Below are positions 50,252-61,655 of a stretch of DNA of 64,000 nt, one piece after another. Positions within the stretch are counted from its first letter, which is position 1. Each line of letters starts with the position of its first letter. The notes under the pieces are model-generated. The model did not search any database. It was given only the letters and a program-made list of their open reading frames with translations, and had not been told where the DNA came from. The position numbers and the translations under genes are program-made. Location of the stretch: NCBI GenBank assembly GCA_963731655.1, contig CAVSWL010000006.1:39792-103791 (forward strand). The letters run 5' to 3'. This DNA comes from an uncultured Gammaproteobacteria bacterium (GTDB lineage Bacteria; Pseudomonadota; Gammaproteobacteria; JAAEPA01).

Positions 50252-52300
50252 TCATAAGCGTAATTCGCCGATAAGTTTTTTAAGCATCGGCAGGCTTCCT
50301 AGACGGCCATCGTTCGCGTAGCGCAGGCGGCAGTAAAGTTTCGAAATCTGCATCACCTGCCTGGCTAAATCCGGACGGGCACGGGTTATACGATGGGCGT
50401 AGTCCATGGGCCCCTCATGCGCTAAGCGATGCAATTTCACGGCGGCCATTTTTTCGCAAAATCGGCGATAAACACTCAGCAAAGGGTCGTTGGTCTCCGA
50501 CTTTCTGTTCTTACATATAAACAACAGTGAGTATATGCTCGCCAGGGCCGCACAGCCGATTATTAACAGCACCACCAGACTATCCCAGCCAGGTTGCCGA
50601 ACACCTAGTTTCCTGAGCAATGCGCGTTGCTGTTCCGGTCCAAAAGCGACCACCCAGCGATTCCACTGATAATTGATATTGTCGGCCACAAAATTCAGCT
50701 GGTTGAACCATGAACGGCCGTAACTGGCACGTACGAATAACGGTACCGAGGCGTCGGAACCGATCACGCTGCTAACCCCCGTTTCCACTCGATCGGGGGA
50801 AACCACTGTGGTGGGGTCGACACGAACCCAGCCCCGTCCCTTTAACCAGACTTCCGCCCAAGCGTGAGCATCGGCTTGGCGGATCAGCAAATAGTGGCCG
50901 ATAGGGTTCCATTCTCCCCCCAGATAACCTGTCACAACCCGGGCCGGTAAGCCTGCCGCGCGCATGAGAAACACGAAACTACTCGCATAATGCTCGCAAA
51001 AACCCTGACGGGTATCGAATAGAAACTGGTCAATGGGATCGCCATCGAGCAATGGCGGAGTCAAAGTGTACCTAAAGGGAAACGCCGCAAACCATGATAA
51101 GGCTTTTTGGATGAGGGCATTACCTTGCAATCCGGTTTTGCGCCATCCGGCAGCGAGCCGACGCGCCTTGAATCCGGCTTCATTGGGTGGTAGTTGCAGG
51201 GCATGAGCACGCATTTCCGCCGATAGCTCCGGATCCAAGCTATAGTTTAAATAGGACGTGAGCTGAAACTCACGGCGATCGCGTATCGGTGTCGGGGCCA
51301 GCAACTGGTAATCGGGGGTCAGATGAGTTGCTGATAACTGACCCGCCGGCATCTCCAGGGCAAACACCCAACGCTTCTGGTGCGGTTCGAGGGTTACCTT
51401 ATAGTGCACGGGATTGCCGGTAACTGAATATTTACCACGCTCAGACTGAAATCGCGCGAGTGGCCGCCAGGTCTTGCCATCGAAATTCCACAGTACGGGT
51501 CCCCGCCAGTAGCGCTGGCTCATCGGTGGAATCGGATCATCGAAGCTTACGCGAAAAGCGATGCGCTTGGAGTGAATAAGCTGGCTGATACTCCCGGGAG
51601 TCATGGTGTCGCTAAGACCGCTGACGCCCACATTCGAGTCTTCGGGCATTCTCCAAAGAGGACCGTTCAGACGGGGAAATAATAAAAACAATAAGATCAT
51701 CAGAGGCAATGATTGCAATAGCATACGCCCGGCCCACTTGAGACGAAGGCTTAGCGTAAATTTTTCATTGCCTTGATTAAGCTGAATCAAAATGGACGTG
51801 ATCGCCATACTGACCACAAAACTGTACAATGCTATGGCGATGTTCTGCGTATAAAAGAATTGGGTGGACAGTACAAAATAGCTTAAAAAGATCGCCACCA
51901 TTGCATCGCGCATATGACGGGTTTCCACTGCCTTGAGGGCGGCCATAAGGATCAGCAATGCGATCCCTGCATCTCGTCCCAGCAACGTTCCATATTGGAG
52001 CAATACACCGCCAACACCGGCAAATAGCCCGAACATCAATAAGACTCGCCAGGGGAGCGCAAACTCAAATTTGACGGCGGCATAACGCAATGCCAGGGCA
52101 AAGAGCGAGAAAATTGAAATCCATATCGGCACATGCGCCAGATGCGCAGCAATTCCAATGCCGGAAATAACCAATACCGAGACGAGACTGCCACGTTCAA
52201 GCACTTGGTGCGATGCACTCAAACGCCTAGCCTGCCGGTTCATGAACTCGTACGCACTCCAATCACTCGGCCTGAGCGCCGGAGCCATTGGGAAGCCCAT
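50252..52300 (-). CDS. Transglutaminase-like membrane protein TgpA (DUF3488 N-domain plus transglutaminase core)
   Basis: Multi-TM N-terminal half. Core Cys motif GFCEHYASSFVFLMRAAGLPARVVTGY. Last gene of a MoxR-DUF58-TgpA operon. Confidence 0.8.
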   Translation of the reverse strand: MGFPMAPALRPSDWSAYEFMNRQARRLSASHQVLERGSLVSVLVISGIGIAAHLAHVPIWISIFSLFALALRYAAVKFEFALPWRVLLMFGLFAGVGGVLLQYGTLLGRDAGIALLILMAALKAVETRHMRDAMVAIFLSYFVLSTQFFYTQNIAIALYSFVVSMAITSILIQLNQGNEKFTLSLRLKWAGRMLLQSLPLMILLFLLFPRLNGPLWRMPEDSNVGVSGLSDTMTPGSISQLIHSKRIAFRVSFDDPIPPMSQRYWRGPVLWNFDGKTWRPLARFQSERGKYSVTGNPVHYKVTLEPHQKRWVFALEMPAGQLSATHLTPDYQLLAPTPIRDRREFQLTSYLNYSLDPELSAEMRAHALQLPPNEAGFKARRLAAGWRKTGLQGNALIQKALSWFAAFPFRYTLTPPLLDGDPIDQFLFDTRQGFCEHYASSFVFLMRAAGLPARVVTGYLGGEWNPIGHYLLIRQADAHAWAEVWLKGRGWVRVDPTTVVSPDRVETGVSSVIGSDASVPLFVRASYGRSWFNQLNFVADNINYQWNRWVVAFGPEQQRALLRKLGVRQPGWDSLVVLLIIGCAALASIYSLLFICKNRKSETNDPLLSVYRRFCEKMAAVKLHRLAHEGPMDYAHRITRARPDLARQVMQISKLYCRLRYANDGRLGSLPMLKKLIGELRL

Positions 52301-53267
52301 AGACCGCTAATTCCCGAAGGCAACGCCGATCGTGATCTTCTCCCACATCGGGTGATATCGATTTCGATGGCAATCGCAACCCATAACGCATCCGCTCGGG
52401 CTGCCAGGCCAGCAGCAATCCGCACAGCACGGAAAGACGCATCTCGTCCTGCATTCCACTCAACGCATCCCAATCCAACCAGAGCTCCTGATGATCGCAA
52501 CTGGCAAACGCCTTGGACATCAATTTATCGGTGGCCGCCCACGTCTTCCAGGCGATGTGTTTCGGGGGATCACCGACCCGATAATCACGCAGTGCATCGA
52601 GATCATCGCCTCTAACTTGGCCTCGATCCGCCCAGTCGGACTCGCCGGCCCCATGGGGAGGATCGCCTTGAAGCGTCACCGGTTTGGGATAGACCACCAC
52701 AGCCATATCGAACTCCAACCAGGACCACGCTTGAAACAAGCCCAAAGGAAAGGTGCTGTAAATTTTAAATCGTCCCGGCTTCAGGATGCCGCGACGTAAA
52801 GCGGGCAGCTTTAAAAGCGCGGATGTTCTTCTCCCTATATTAACCCTCACGAGATCCGCAGCGGAATCGCACCACTGCACCTTAATGGCATGGCGGTCAA
52901 ACCGGGAGTTATTAATAATACCTAGCTTGAATTCGGCGGTATCTCCTGCAAAAACCGCCGCCGCGCCTTCCGCTCGGACCACAAGATTAAGCAGGTTACG
53001 GTGCGTGTACCACATGGCATTGAGCCCCAATCCCACCAGTAGAAAGGTGAGTCCAAACGCCATGCTGTTGTTATAATTCATGGCGCCCAGAAGCATCAGC
53101 AACAGGGTTAGCGCATAGCTATAGCCCCATGCCGTCGGTAAAATATATATTCGCCGTTTATGCAGCGTAATTTCATGGGAGGCCACACGTTGATGGCGAG
53201 TCACCCAGTTGATAAAACGCAGCCCTAAGGCCGCTTGCAGTGACTCAATGCCGAGGGAGAGCATCAC
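52263..53267 (-). CDS. DUF58 (vWA-like) domain protein
   Basis: Two N-terminal TM segments then a DUF58-type domain (DLRDYRVGDPPKHIAWK). Classical partner of MoxR. Confidence 0.8.
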   Translation of the reverse strand: MMLSLGIESLQAALGLRFINWVTRHQRVASHEITLHKRRIYILPTAWGYSYALTLLLMLLGAMNYNNSMAFGLTFLLVGLGLNAMWYTHRNLLNLVVRAEGAAAVFAGDTAEFKLGIINNSRFDRHAIKVQWCDSAADLVRVNIGRRTSALLKLPALRRGILKPGRFKIYSTFPLGLFQAWSWLEFDMAVVVYPKPVTLQGDPPHGAGESDWADRGQVRGDDLDALRDYRVGDPPKHIAWKTWAATDKLMSKAFASCDHQELWLDWDALSGMQDEMRLSVLCGLLLAWQPERMRYGLRLPSKSISPDVGEDHDRRCLRELAVYGLPNGSGAQAE

Positions 53268-53281
53268 GCCGCGGATCGGGA

Positions 53282-54235
53282 TCAGGGAATGGGTACTTCG
53301 GCGATCAGTTGGGCGATCAGCGATTGCGTAGAATGAGAGTGTCCCCGCAGCGATTGTAACCGATGGCCCGCGACGGGAGCCAACACGGTCTGCAGGTCTT
53401 CCGGCAAGACATAATCCTTACCATTGAGCAGCGCCCAGGCCTGAGCGCTGCGCAACAACGCCACACCGGCTCGAGGCGACAAGCCCTGGCGGTATAAATC
53501 CGCTCGGCGTGTGTACCCCAGGATCGCTTGAAGATAATCGAGTAAAGCGTCTGCTACCCGAACCTTGGCGACGAGTCGCTGAATTTCAATTAACGTTTCC
53601 CCATCCAAGCAGGGATTAATAGTAGGGACCAGTTCCCGGCGGTCACTTCCTCGAAGTAACTCCCGTTCCGCCTCGTAGTCAGGATAACCGAGCTGGATCC
53701 GCATGAGGAAACGGTCTAATTGAGACTCGGGAAGAGGATAAGTCCCGGCCTGAGACGTAGGATTTTGAGTGGCAATGACAAAAAAGGGTTGAGGTAAAAC
53801 GCGGGTCTCGCCTTCGATGGTGACTTGTTGCTCTTCCATGGCTTCGAGCAATGCGCTCTGCGTCTTGGGAGTAGCGCGATTGATTTCGTCGGCCAGAATA
53901 AGCTGAGAAAATATGGGGCCGGGATGGAAGCGGAAATGACCGCTGTTGCGCTCGTAGACTGATACTCCGAGCACATCGGCAGGCAATAAATCGCTGGTGA
54001 ACTGAATACGCTGGTAATCGAGCCCCAATACTTGCGCGAAGGTCTGCGCCAATGTCGTCTTACCCACCCCCGGCAGGTCTTCGATCAACACATGCCCACG
54101 CGCGATCAGACACGCCAGCACGAGCTTAATTTGATGATCTTTACCCAGTATGACCCGATTGATCCGGTCAATCGCTGTAGTGAGGATCTGCGAATGTGTA
54201 GTTGATAAGCGTATTGTGGCGGCCGGCGTCGTCAT
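53282..54235 (-). CDS. MoxR-family AAA+ ATPase
   Basis: Walker A GVGKTTLAQ, Walker B LILADEINRATPKTQSALLEAMEE. 317 aa. Confidence 0.9.
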   Translation of the reverse strand: MTTPAATIRLSTTHSQILTTAIDRINRVILGKDHQIKLVLACLIARGHVLIEDLPGVGKTTLAQTFAQVLGLDYQRIQFTSDLLPADVLGVSVYERNSGHFRFHPGPIFSQLILADEINRATPKTQSALLEAMEEQQVTIEGETRVLPQPFFVIATQNPTSQAGTYPLPESQLDRFLMRIQLGYPDYEAERELLRGSDRRELVPTINPCLDGETLIEIQRLVAKVRVADALLDYLQAILGYTRRADLYRQGLSPRAGVALLRSAQAWALLNGKDYVLPEDLQTVLAPVAGHRLQSLRGHSHSTQSLIAQLIAEVPIP

Positions 54236-54564
54236 GGCGCTTCATATAAGGGTTACAATCACAGCTACTCGGTCTCCGAGGTGTGAAACGCTCGTTACAA
54301 TAAGGACCCTGTGTGGCCTCTGACAGGTGTACAAGGTATGTATTGATTTACTACTGGATTCATTCAAGATGGCTTGCGATGCGCTTCGATATCCGGTACC
54401 CATACCTAGCTTCGTGGAAAACATTGAGCGGCTAGTTTCAATCTAGCATTTCTAAAAAGCCTCCGATACTGCGCAGCCGGGTTTAATTAGATCGGAGGGC
54501 TCCCCCCCGGGACAGATGGTCCGAGCCACCCTAGCCTCAATGCTGAGGAATGATGGGGCGAAAA

Positions 54565-55428
54565 TCAACGCCCTGGAACCACCCCGGGAGTGCCGTTTGA
54601 CTTCCCTGGTTGCCGTTTTGGCATCGACTTTTGGGTATATCCCTGAGGTAATTCAAACAACGACTCGGGTTGTGGGCCTTGCTGGATGTTACTCAATTCC
54701 TTCACCTCGCCCCCGGGGAGTTCTTCACGCAGGGTGAATCTAAGCACTGGATCATACCAATAAACAGAGATTATCGTTTTCTGACTAAGATCCTGCTTCT
54801 GAATTTGCTCCCATTTTTCCGTTTCCCGACCCGCAATTTCATCCCTGCCGATCAGACGAAACTCGGAACTTCCTCCCGGAAAAACTTGCTTTATCATCAT
54901 GCCTCGAACTCGATCTAACCACTGCACTGTGCTCAGTGTTTGTCCCTTATGGGTGGTCTTTAACTCCCATTTCTCGGTCTCACGGCCATTAAGTATTTCA
55001 ACACCCAAATTTTTACAGCTCACTTCTTTGTTTAGATTTCTACACGGTTTAGTGGCCTTGGTCTTGGTTTGATCAAAGGCATTGGGAGACACGCCGTCAC
55101 GTCGCATAAAGTATTTTTTTTCATCCGGAAATAGTATCCAAACTCGTGGCTTCGAAGACCGCTGCTTGACGATCTCAATGATGGGTTTGCCTGCCTGGAT
55201 AAATTCCCTACGGTAGGCGTGATTGCCGACAAACAACTTCCCGAGCATCCGCGCACCGTTAGACCGCGTCTCCAGCGTATCCGCCGAAAACTCGATCATT
55301 GGAGATTCGAGGGCTCCCGCATTGGATTCAACACTCCGCCACCCCACCGTCATTGTCAGTACAAGCAATACAATTAGTTTCAACATAGATGGGTTCTCAA
55401 TAGGGATATACCTCTGTTTGGGCAACAA
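54565..55428 (-). CDS. Secreted hypothetical protein with an internal tandem repeat (probable start at MLKLIV..., signal peptide)
   Basis: Signal peptide LKLIVLLVLTMTVGW. Two copies of a G-R-E-T-E-K-W-E motif about 65 aa apart. No recognisable catalytic motif. Confidence 0.4.
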   Translation of the reverse strand: MLPKQRYIPIENPSMLKLIVLLVLTMTVGWRSVESNAGALESPMIEFSADTLETRSNGARMLGKLFVGNHAYRREFIQAGKPIIEIVKQRSSKPRVWILFPDEKKYFMRRDGVSPNAFDQTKTKATKPCRNLNKEVSCKNLGVEILNGRETEKWELKTTHKGQTLSTVQWLDRVRGMMIKQVFPGGSSEFRLIGRDEIAGRETEKWEQIQKQDLSQKTIISVYWYDPVLRFTLREELPGGEVKELSNIQQGPQPESLFELPQGYTQKSMPKRQPGKSNGTPGVVPGR

Positions 55429-55802
55429 TTAAAATGCTTCAGTTCAGAATTCGAAGTGCAACCCCGCGGCACCGGTAAAATGCCACAGTAGATACAGCGT
55501 AGCGAATGAACTTTAGGTGCATGATTTTACTCTACTCAGGACAAGGCGGAAGATTCCAAAAGATCCTGTCAGTAGATTCGCATGAGTTTTTCTGCTAGAA
55601 ATCGGCTTTCGCCGCACCATCATCCCCTCCAACTCCCCCACTCGCCACACCTGAATCTGCATCTCAGTCATTTAGGCAATCATTTAGCAATTGTAGTTAA
55701 TCTCACGGCTTACGGTTATTTGTAGCGTTTGTTACGCGCCCACCCCATTTCGGGTATCAAAATAACTTTATAAAACAGATTGTTAAATTTATTTTGTCAT
55801 GG

Positions 55803-55817
55803 TGGCATAGGCTTTGT
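55803..55817 (+). promoter_or_regulatory. Sigma-54 (-24/-12) promoter of the nifH operon
   Basis: TGGCAT-N5-TTGT (consensus TGGCAC-N5-TTGC), 52 bp upstream of the nifH ATG. Imperfect TGT-N10-ACG (NifA upstream activator-like) motifs at 55692-55707 and 55721-55736. Confidence 0.5.
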
Positions 55818-55832
55818 ATCTGCAAGGAGTGA

Positions 55833-56765
<933 letters not shown>

Positions 56766-56842
56766 ACGCGGCTAGCCTGATGGTGAAATTCCTTGAGCTT
56801 TAGCCTATCACTCGTAATTGAACTGTATACAGGAGCACCACA

Positions 56843-58294
56843 ATGTCTGCGATGACGCGCGAACAGACTGAAGCCCTCATTCAAGAGGTCTTGGAAGTCT
56901 ATCCAGAAAAGGCCAAGAAAGATCGGGCTAAACATCTTACGGTCAATGACCCTGAGCTGGAAAAATCTAAAAATTGCATTATCTCCAATCGCAAATCCTT
57001 GCCAGGGGTAATGACCATTAGGGGTTGTGCCTACGCCGGTTCGCGTGGCGTGGTCTGGGGTCCGATTAAAGACATGGTCCATGTCTCCCACGGTCCCGTG
57101 GGTTGTGGGCAGTATTCCCGCGCCGGCCGCCGCCATTATTACATCGGCACGACGGGGGTTAATACCTTCACTACGATGAACTTCACTTCGGACTTCCAAG
57201 AAAAGGACATCGTGTTCGGCGGCGACAAAAAGCTAGACAAAATTATCGATGAGATTGAAACCCTGTTTCCCCTGAATAAAGGGGTGTCGGTACAGTCCGA
57301 ATGTCCCATCGGGCTGATCGGCGACGATATCGAAGCAGTGGCCAAGAAAAAGTCCAATCAGCATGGTAAAACCATCGTACCGGTGCGCTGCGAAGGTTTT
57401 CGCGGTGTATCTCAGTCCCTAGGTCATCACATCGCCAACGATTCCATTCGCGATTGGGTGCTCACGGCTCGCGATGAGGACCAGAGTTTCGAGACCACAC
57501 CTTACGATGTCGCCATTATCGGTGACTACAACATTGGTGGAGATGCCTGGAGCTCCCGCTCTTTGCTCGAGGAGATGGGATTGCGCGTGGTGGCGCAATG
57601 GTCGGGTGACGGTTCATTGTCTGAAATAGAGCTTACCCCCAAAGTTAAGCTGAACCTGATTCACTGTTATCGCTCCATGAATTACCTTTCCCGCCATATG
57701 GAGGAGAAATATGGTATTCCATGGATTGAATACAACTTCTTTGGCCCTACGAAGATCGCCGAGTCGTTGCGCAAAATTGCGAGTCTATTCGACGACAAAA
57801 TCAAGCAGGGGGCCGAAGAGGTGATTAAGAAGTACTCGGCGCAATGCGATGCGGTGATCGCGAAATACCGCCCGCGCCTTGAAGGACGTAAAGTGATGCT
57901 CTTCGTGGGTGGTCTGCGTCCACGCCATACCATCGGGGCTTATGAGGACCTGGGCATGCAGGTCATCGGCACCGGCTACGAGTTTGCTCACAACGACGAT
58001 TACGATCGCACACTGAAGGAAATGGGTAATGGTACGCTGCTCTATGATGACGTCACCGGATTCGAATTCGAAGAATTTGTTAAACGGCTGCGTCCGGATT
58101 TGGTCGGCTCAGGAATTAAGGAAAAATACATCTTCCAGAAAATGGGTATCGCCTTCCGCCAAATGCATTCCTGGGATTATTCGGGCCCGTATCACGGTTA
58201 TGATGGTTTTGCCATCTTCGCCCGCGACATGGACATGACGATCAACAATCCCTGTTGGAATAAGATCAAGGCTCCCTGGAAACAGGCGGGATAG
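56843..58294 (+). CDS. nifD: Nitrogenase MoFe protein alpha chain NifD
   Basis: P-cluster and FeMoco ligands ([10 protein letters not shown], ...CYRSMNY...). 483 aa. Confidence 0.95.
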   Translation: MSAMTREQTEALIQEVLEVYPEKAKKDRAKHLTVNDPELEKSKNCIISNRKSLPGVMTIRGCAYAGSRGVVWGPIKDMVHVSHGPVGCGQYSRAGRRHYYIGTTGVNTFTTMNFTSDFQEKDIVFGGDKKLDKIIDEIETLFPLNKGVSVQSECPIGLIGDDIEAVAKKKSNQHGKTIVPVRCEGFRGVSQSLGHHIANDSIRDWVLTARDEDQSFETTPYDVAIIGDYNIGGDAWSSRSLLEEMGLRVVAQWSGDGSLSEIELTPKVKLNLIHCYRSMNYLSRHMEEKYGIPWIEYNFFGPTKIAESLRKIASLFDDKIKQGAEEVIKKYSAQCDAVIAKYRPRLEGRKVMLFVGGLRPRHTIGAYEDLGMQVIGTGYEFAHNDDYDRTLKEMGNGTLLYDDVTGFEFEEFVKRLRPDLVGSGIKEKYIFQKMGIAFRQMHSWDYSGPYHGYDGFAIFARDMDMTINNPCWNKIKAPWKQAG

Positions 58295-58406
58295 CAGAAC
58301 GGCAAGCTCCTTATGGTCCTGGGAACCCCGCCCCGACAAACCGGACAAACCTTAACCTTTTGACATACCGTAGTCCACAGATGAGTGGCGCGGGAAGGAG
58401 TCAATC

Positions 58407-59978
58407 ATGAGCCAAGATGTGGCCAATATTAAACCCAGTTTTCCCCTTTTTCGGGATGAGGACTATAAAAAGCTTCTGGATGAAAAACGCTCGCGCTCCG
58501 AGGAAGCTTACGACGATGAGCGCATCGAAGAAGTCTTTCAATGGACGACAACCCAGGAATATCAGGAGCTCAACTTTAACCGCCAGGCGTTGACCATCAA
58601 TCCAGCCAAGGCCTGCCAGCCTCTGGGGGCGGTATTATGTTCGCTGGGCTTTAAAAATACCTTGCCTTACGTACACGGTTCCCAAGGCTGTGTCGCCTAC
58701 TTTCGCACCTATTTCAACCGCCATTTTAAAGAGCCCATCGCCTGCGTGTCGGATTCCATGACGGAGGATGCCGCGGTGTTTGGTGGCCAGAAAAACATGT
58801 TCGATGGCCTCGAGAACGCCAAAGCACTTTACAAACCGGAAATGGTGATGGTTTCCACGACGTGCATGGCGGAAGTCATCGGCGATGATCTCAATGCCTT
58901 TATCAACAATGCCAAGAAGGAAGGTCACATCGAGGCTGATTTCCCAGTCCCCTTCGCCCATACACCCAGTTTTGTCGGCAGCCATACCACCGGCTGGGAC
59001 AATATGTTCGAAGGGGTATTGCGTTGTTTCACACTGAATAACATGGAAGACAAGCTTGTTGGCAGCAATGGCAAGATTAACATTGTGCCGGGGTTTGAGA
59101 CCTACCTCGGCAACTACCGGGTCATGCACCGCATGATGCGGGAGATGGGAGTGGACTATTCCTTGTTATGCGATCCGTCGGAAGTACTCGATACACCGGC
59201 AGATGGCCAGTATCGCATGTACGACGGAGGAACTACTCAAAACGAGGTTAAACAAGCCCCTAACGCTATCGACACGCTGCTGTTACAACCCTGGCAGCTA
59301 GTGAAGACCAAAAAGCACGTGAAATCCGTCTGGCAGCAACCCGCGAGCGAGATCAACATACCCATGGGCTTGGAGTGGACCGATGAGTTTCTAATGAAGG
59401 TCTCCGCGCTCACCGGTAAAGCGATTCCTGCTAGCTTAGAGAAAGAACGCGGGCGCTTGTTGGACATGATGACCGATTCCCATGCCTGGCTGCACGGTAA
59501 GCGATTTGCCCTGTGGGGCGATGCCGATTTCGTGATGGGTATGACGCATTTTCTGCTGGAACTTGGCGCGGAACCTGTCCACGTTCTCTGTCACCACGCC
59601 AATAAGCGTTGGAAGAAAGCAATGGAGAAAGTACTGAGTGAATCGCCCTATGGACAAGGCAGCACTGTCTATGTCGGTAAAGATCTATGGCACATGCGTT
59701 CGCTGGTTTTCACCGATAAACCGGACTTCATGATTGGGAATTCGTATGGGAAGTTCATTCAACGCGATACGCTACACAAGGGCAAGGAATTCGAAGTACC
59801 CCTCATCCGCATCGGCTTTCCCATTTTTGATCGGCACCATCTGCATCGTGACACCACGCTTGGCTACGAAGGCGCGATGCATATTCTCAAGACGCTGGTC
59901 AATGCCGTGCTGGAACGTCTCGATGATGACACGAGTAGCATGGGAGCCACTGATTTTAATTATGACTTAGTCCGTTAG
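58407..59978 (+). CDS. nifK: Nitrogenase MoFe protein beta chain NifK
   Basis: ACQPLGAVLCSLGF...HGSQGCVAYFR and the overall NifK pattern. 523 aa. Confidence 0.95.
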   Translation: MSQDVANIKPSFPLFRDEDYKKLLDEKRSRSEEAYDDERIEEVFQWTTTQEYQELNFNRQALTINPAKACQPLGAVLCSLGFKNTLPYVHGSQGCVAYFRTYFNRHFKEPIACVSDSMTEDAAVFGGQKNMFDGLENAKALYKPEMVMVSTTCMAEVIGDDLNAFINNAKKEGHIEADFPVPFAHTPSFVGSHTTGWDNMFEGVLRCFTLNNMEDKLVGSNGKINIVPGFETYLGNYRVMHRMMREMGVDYSLLCDPSEVLDTPADGQYRMYDGGTTQNEVKQAPNAIDTLLLQPWQLVKTKKHVKSVWQQPASEINIPMGLEWTDEFLMKVSALTGKAIPASLEKERGRLLDMMTDSHAWLHGKRFALWGDADFVMGMTHFLLELGAEPVHVLCHHANKRWKKAMEKVLSESPYGQGSTVYVGKDLWHMRSLVFTDKPDFMIGNSYGKFIQRDTLHKGKEFEVPLIRIGFPIFDRHHLHRDTTLGYEGAMHILKTLVNAVLERLDDDTSSMGATDFNYDLVR

Positions 59979-60019
59979 ACCGGCTGCCTCGCGTGCGGCT
60001 TAACAGGAAACCCTAGAAT

Positions 60020-60232
60020 ATGGCAAACGTGATGATACGTAGGGATGATTCGGGCGGGTTGGTGTTTTACTTGCCCAAGAAGGATCTGGAAGAAACCATC
60101 ACTTCATTGGAATTTGACCAGCCCGACCGCTGGGGTGGAGAACTCAAACTGAGTGATGGCCAATCTTATTATATCGAGCCCATGGAATCACCACCGAAGT
60201 TGCCGGTTAGCTTGCGCGCGAAGCGCCTTTGA
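60020..60232 (+). CDS. nifT: NifT/FixU
   Basis: 70 aa. VMIRRDDSGGLVFYLPKKDLEE...WGGE...YYIEP...LRAKR matches the NifT family. Confidence 0.75.
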   Translation: MANVMIRRDDSGGLVFYLPKKDLEETITSLEFDQPDRWGGELKLSDGQSYYIEPMESPPKLPVSLRAKRL

Positions 60233-60264
60233 ATAACCTATAACATCCATTGGAGAGTTGAACT

Positions 60265-60468
60265 ATGGCTATGCACATTGTCCCCGAAGAATGCATTTCC
60301 TGCGGCGATTGTGCGCCAGTGTGCCCTACCGGCGCCATCACCGAGGGAAAAATCGTATTCCAGATCGATCCCGATGTCTGCACTGAATGCGAAGGGGAGT
60401 TTGACGAACCCCAGTGCGCCGCAGTCTGTGAGATCCCTGGCTGTATTCAGTCCCTGCAGAAGGCTTAG
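60265..60468 (+). CDS. 2x[4Fe-4S] ferredoxin (nif-associated)
   Basis: CISCGDCAPVCP and CTECEGEFDEPQCAAVCE. Confidence 0.8.
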   Translation: MAMHIVPEECISCGDCAPVCPTGAITEGKIVFQIDPDVCTECEGEFDEPQCAAVCEIPGCIQSLQKA

Positions 60469-60473
60469 CTTTA

Positions 60474-61202
60474 ATGGCTAAACACGCATTAACCCCCGAA
60501 TTGGCGTTGCGTATCGGCCTGGCGGCCAAAGTGCTGCCGGGTTCTGATATACGGCATCTTATGGCTGTGCTCGTCGATACGGTGGGTTTGCCATTGACCG
60601 TTTCCAAGCTTGAGTCACTCCAGCTTAAAGATCTGAAGCAAAATTTCAGAGCGGAATTCGAGGATATTGATGATGCGGCTCTCGAACAGGTCAGGCACTG
60701 CTTGCGCGGTGAAATAGAGTACGAACCCATGCAAGAGGTGCCTCAGCCAGAACCCTACTTAGATGAGCCACTGGCGGGGTCAGTGCGTGTGGCCTGTGCC
60801 TCTAATCAGGGTGAGCGGATCGATGGTCATTTTGGCTCCTGTGCACGGTTTCTGATCTATGAGGTTTCACCGAAGGAGTTTCGTTTGATTGATGTGCGCT
60901 CAGCCAACGAAGCTCAATCAACGGACGAGAAAAACGGCCATCGCGCCGAAATGATTCGTGATTGTGATCTGCTCTATGTGAACTCCATTGGTGGTCCGGC
61001 TGCCGCCAAGGTCGTCAAAGCCGGATTGTTGCCAATCAAGCAGCCACAGGAGACGGATGCGATCAACATCCTGATAGAATTGCAACAAAGATTAGCAGGT
61101 GACCCGCCCCCTTGGCTGGCGAAAGTGATGGGAGCTAAGGCCAAAGATCGCGTTCGTTTTCATTTTGATGACAACGCCGCGATGGAGGAAAATGAACTGT
61201 GA
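60474..61202 (+). CDS. nifY: NifY/NafY-type FeMo-cofactor binding protein (N-terminal NafY domain plus C-terminal NifX/NifB-like dinitrogenase cofactor-binding domain)
   Basis: C-terminal VRVACASNQGERIDGHFGSCARFLIYEVS is the NifX/NafY signature. Position after nifT matches the nifHDKTY order. Confidence 0.7.
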   Translation: MAKHALTPELALRIGLAAKVLPGSDIRHLMAVLVDTVGLPLTVSKLESLQLKDLKQNFRAEFEDIDDAALEQVRHCLRGEIEYEPMQEVPQPEPYLDEPLAGSVRVACASNQGERIDGHFGSCARFLIYEVSPKEFRLIDVRSANEAQSTDEKNGHRAEMIRDCDLLYVNSIGGPAAAKVVKAGLLPIKQPQETDAINILIELQQRLAGDPPPWLAKVMGAKAKDRVRFHFDDNAAMEENEL

Positions 61203-61477
61203 TCTCTAACGCAAAGCTTGCTCAGATTGTGCAACGGGTGGAACATCAGGAGATCAATGGGCAATTATTGAGCCATTTACGTCGCGTCTATCCCGAGCTT
61301 CACTTTACCTATTGCCTGGACACGGATGTCATCGAGGAGGTTCCACCGGTGGAAAAACGCAGCGCTTTTAATGTCTATTTAGTCGATGGACGTGAGCACT
61401 GTCTGCGCTTAACCACGGACCACAACATCGCTACGGGTGTCGTGCTCGCAGCCGTAATGGATGAGGATGATTCCTGA
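61199..61477 (+). CDS. Hypothetical 92 aa protein within the nif operon
   Basis: Start overlaps the nifY stop (translational coupling). No recognisable motif. Confidence 0.35.
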   Translation: MISNAKLAQIVQRVEHQEINGQLLSHLRRVYPELHFTYCLDTDVIEEVPPVEKRSAFNVYLVDGREHCLRLTTDHNIATGVVLAAVMDEDDS

Positions 61478-61655
61478 CGCTCGCTTGAGACAAAACTCAT
61501 GCCACCGGAAGCTGGAGTAACGAATTTGGATAACACGGCAGGCGTTCTAGATCAAGAGCAAATCGCCAAGATCTGCCGGACGTGCATTCCCCGATCGTGC
61601 CCACCGATCACTGCTCACGGCGCTCGGTGGCCTTTATCCGAAAATTCCGTTTTCC

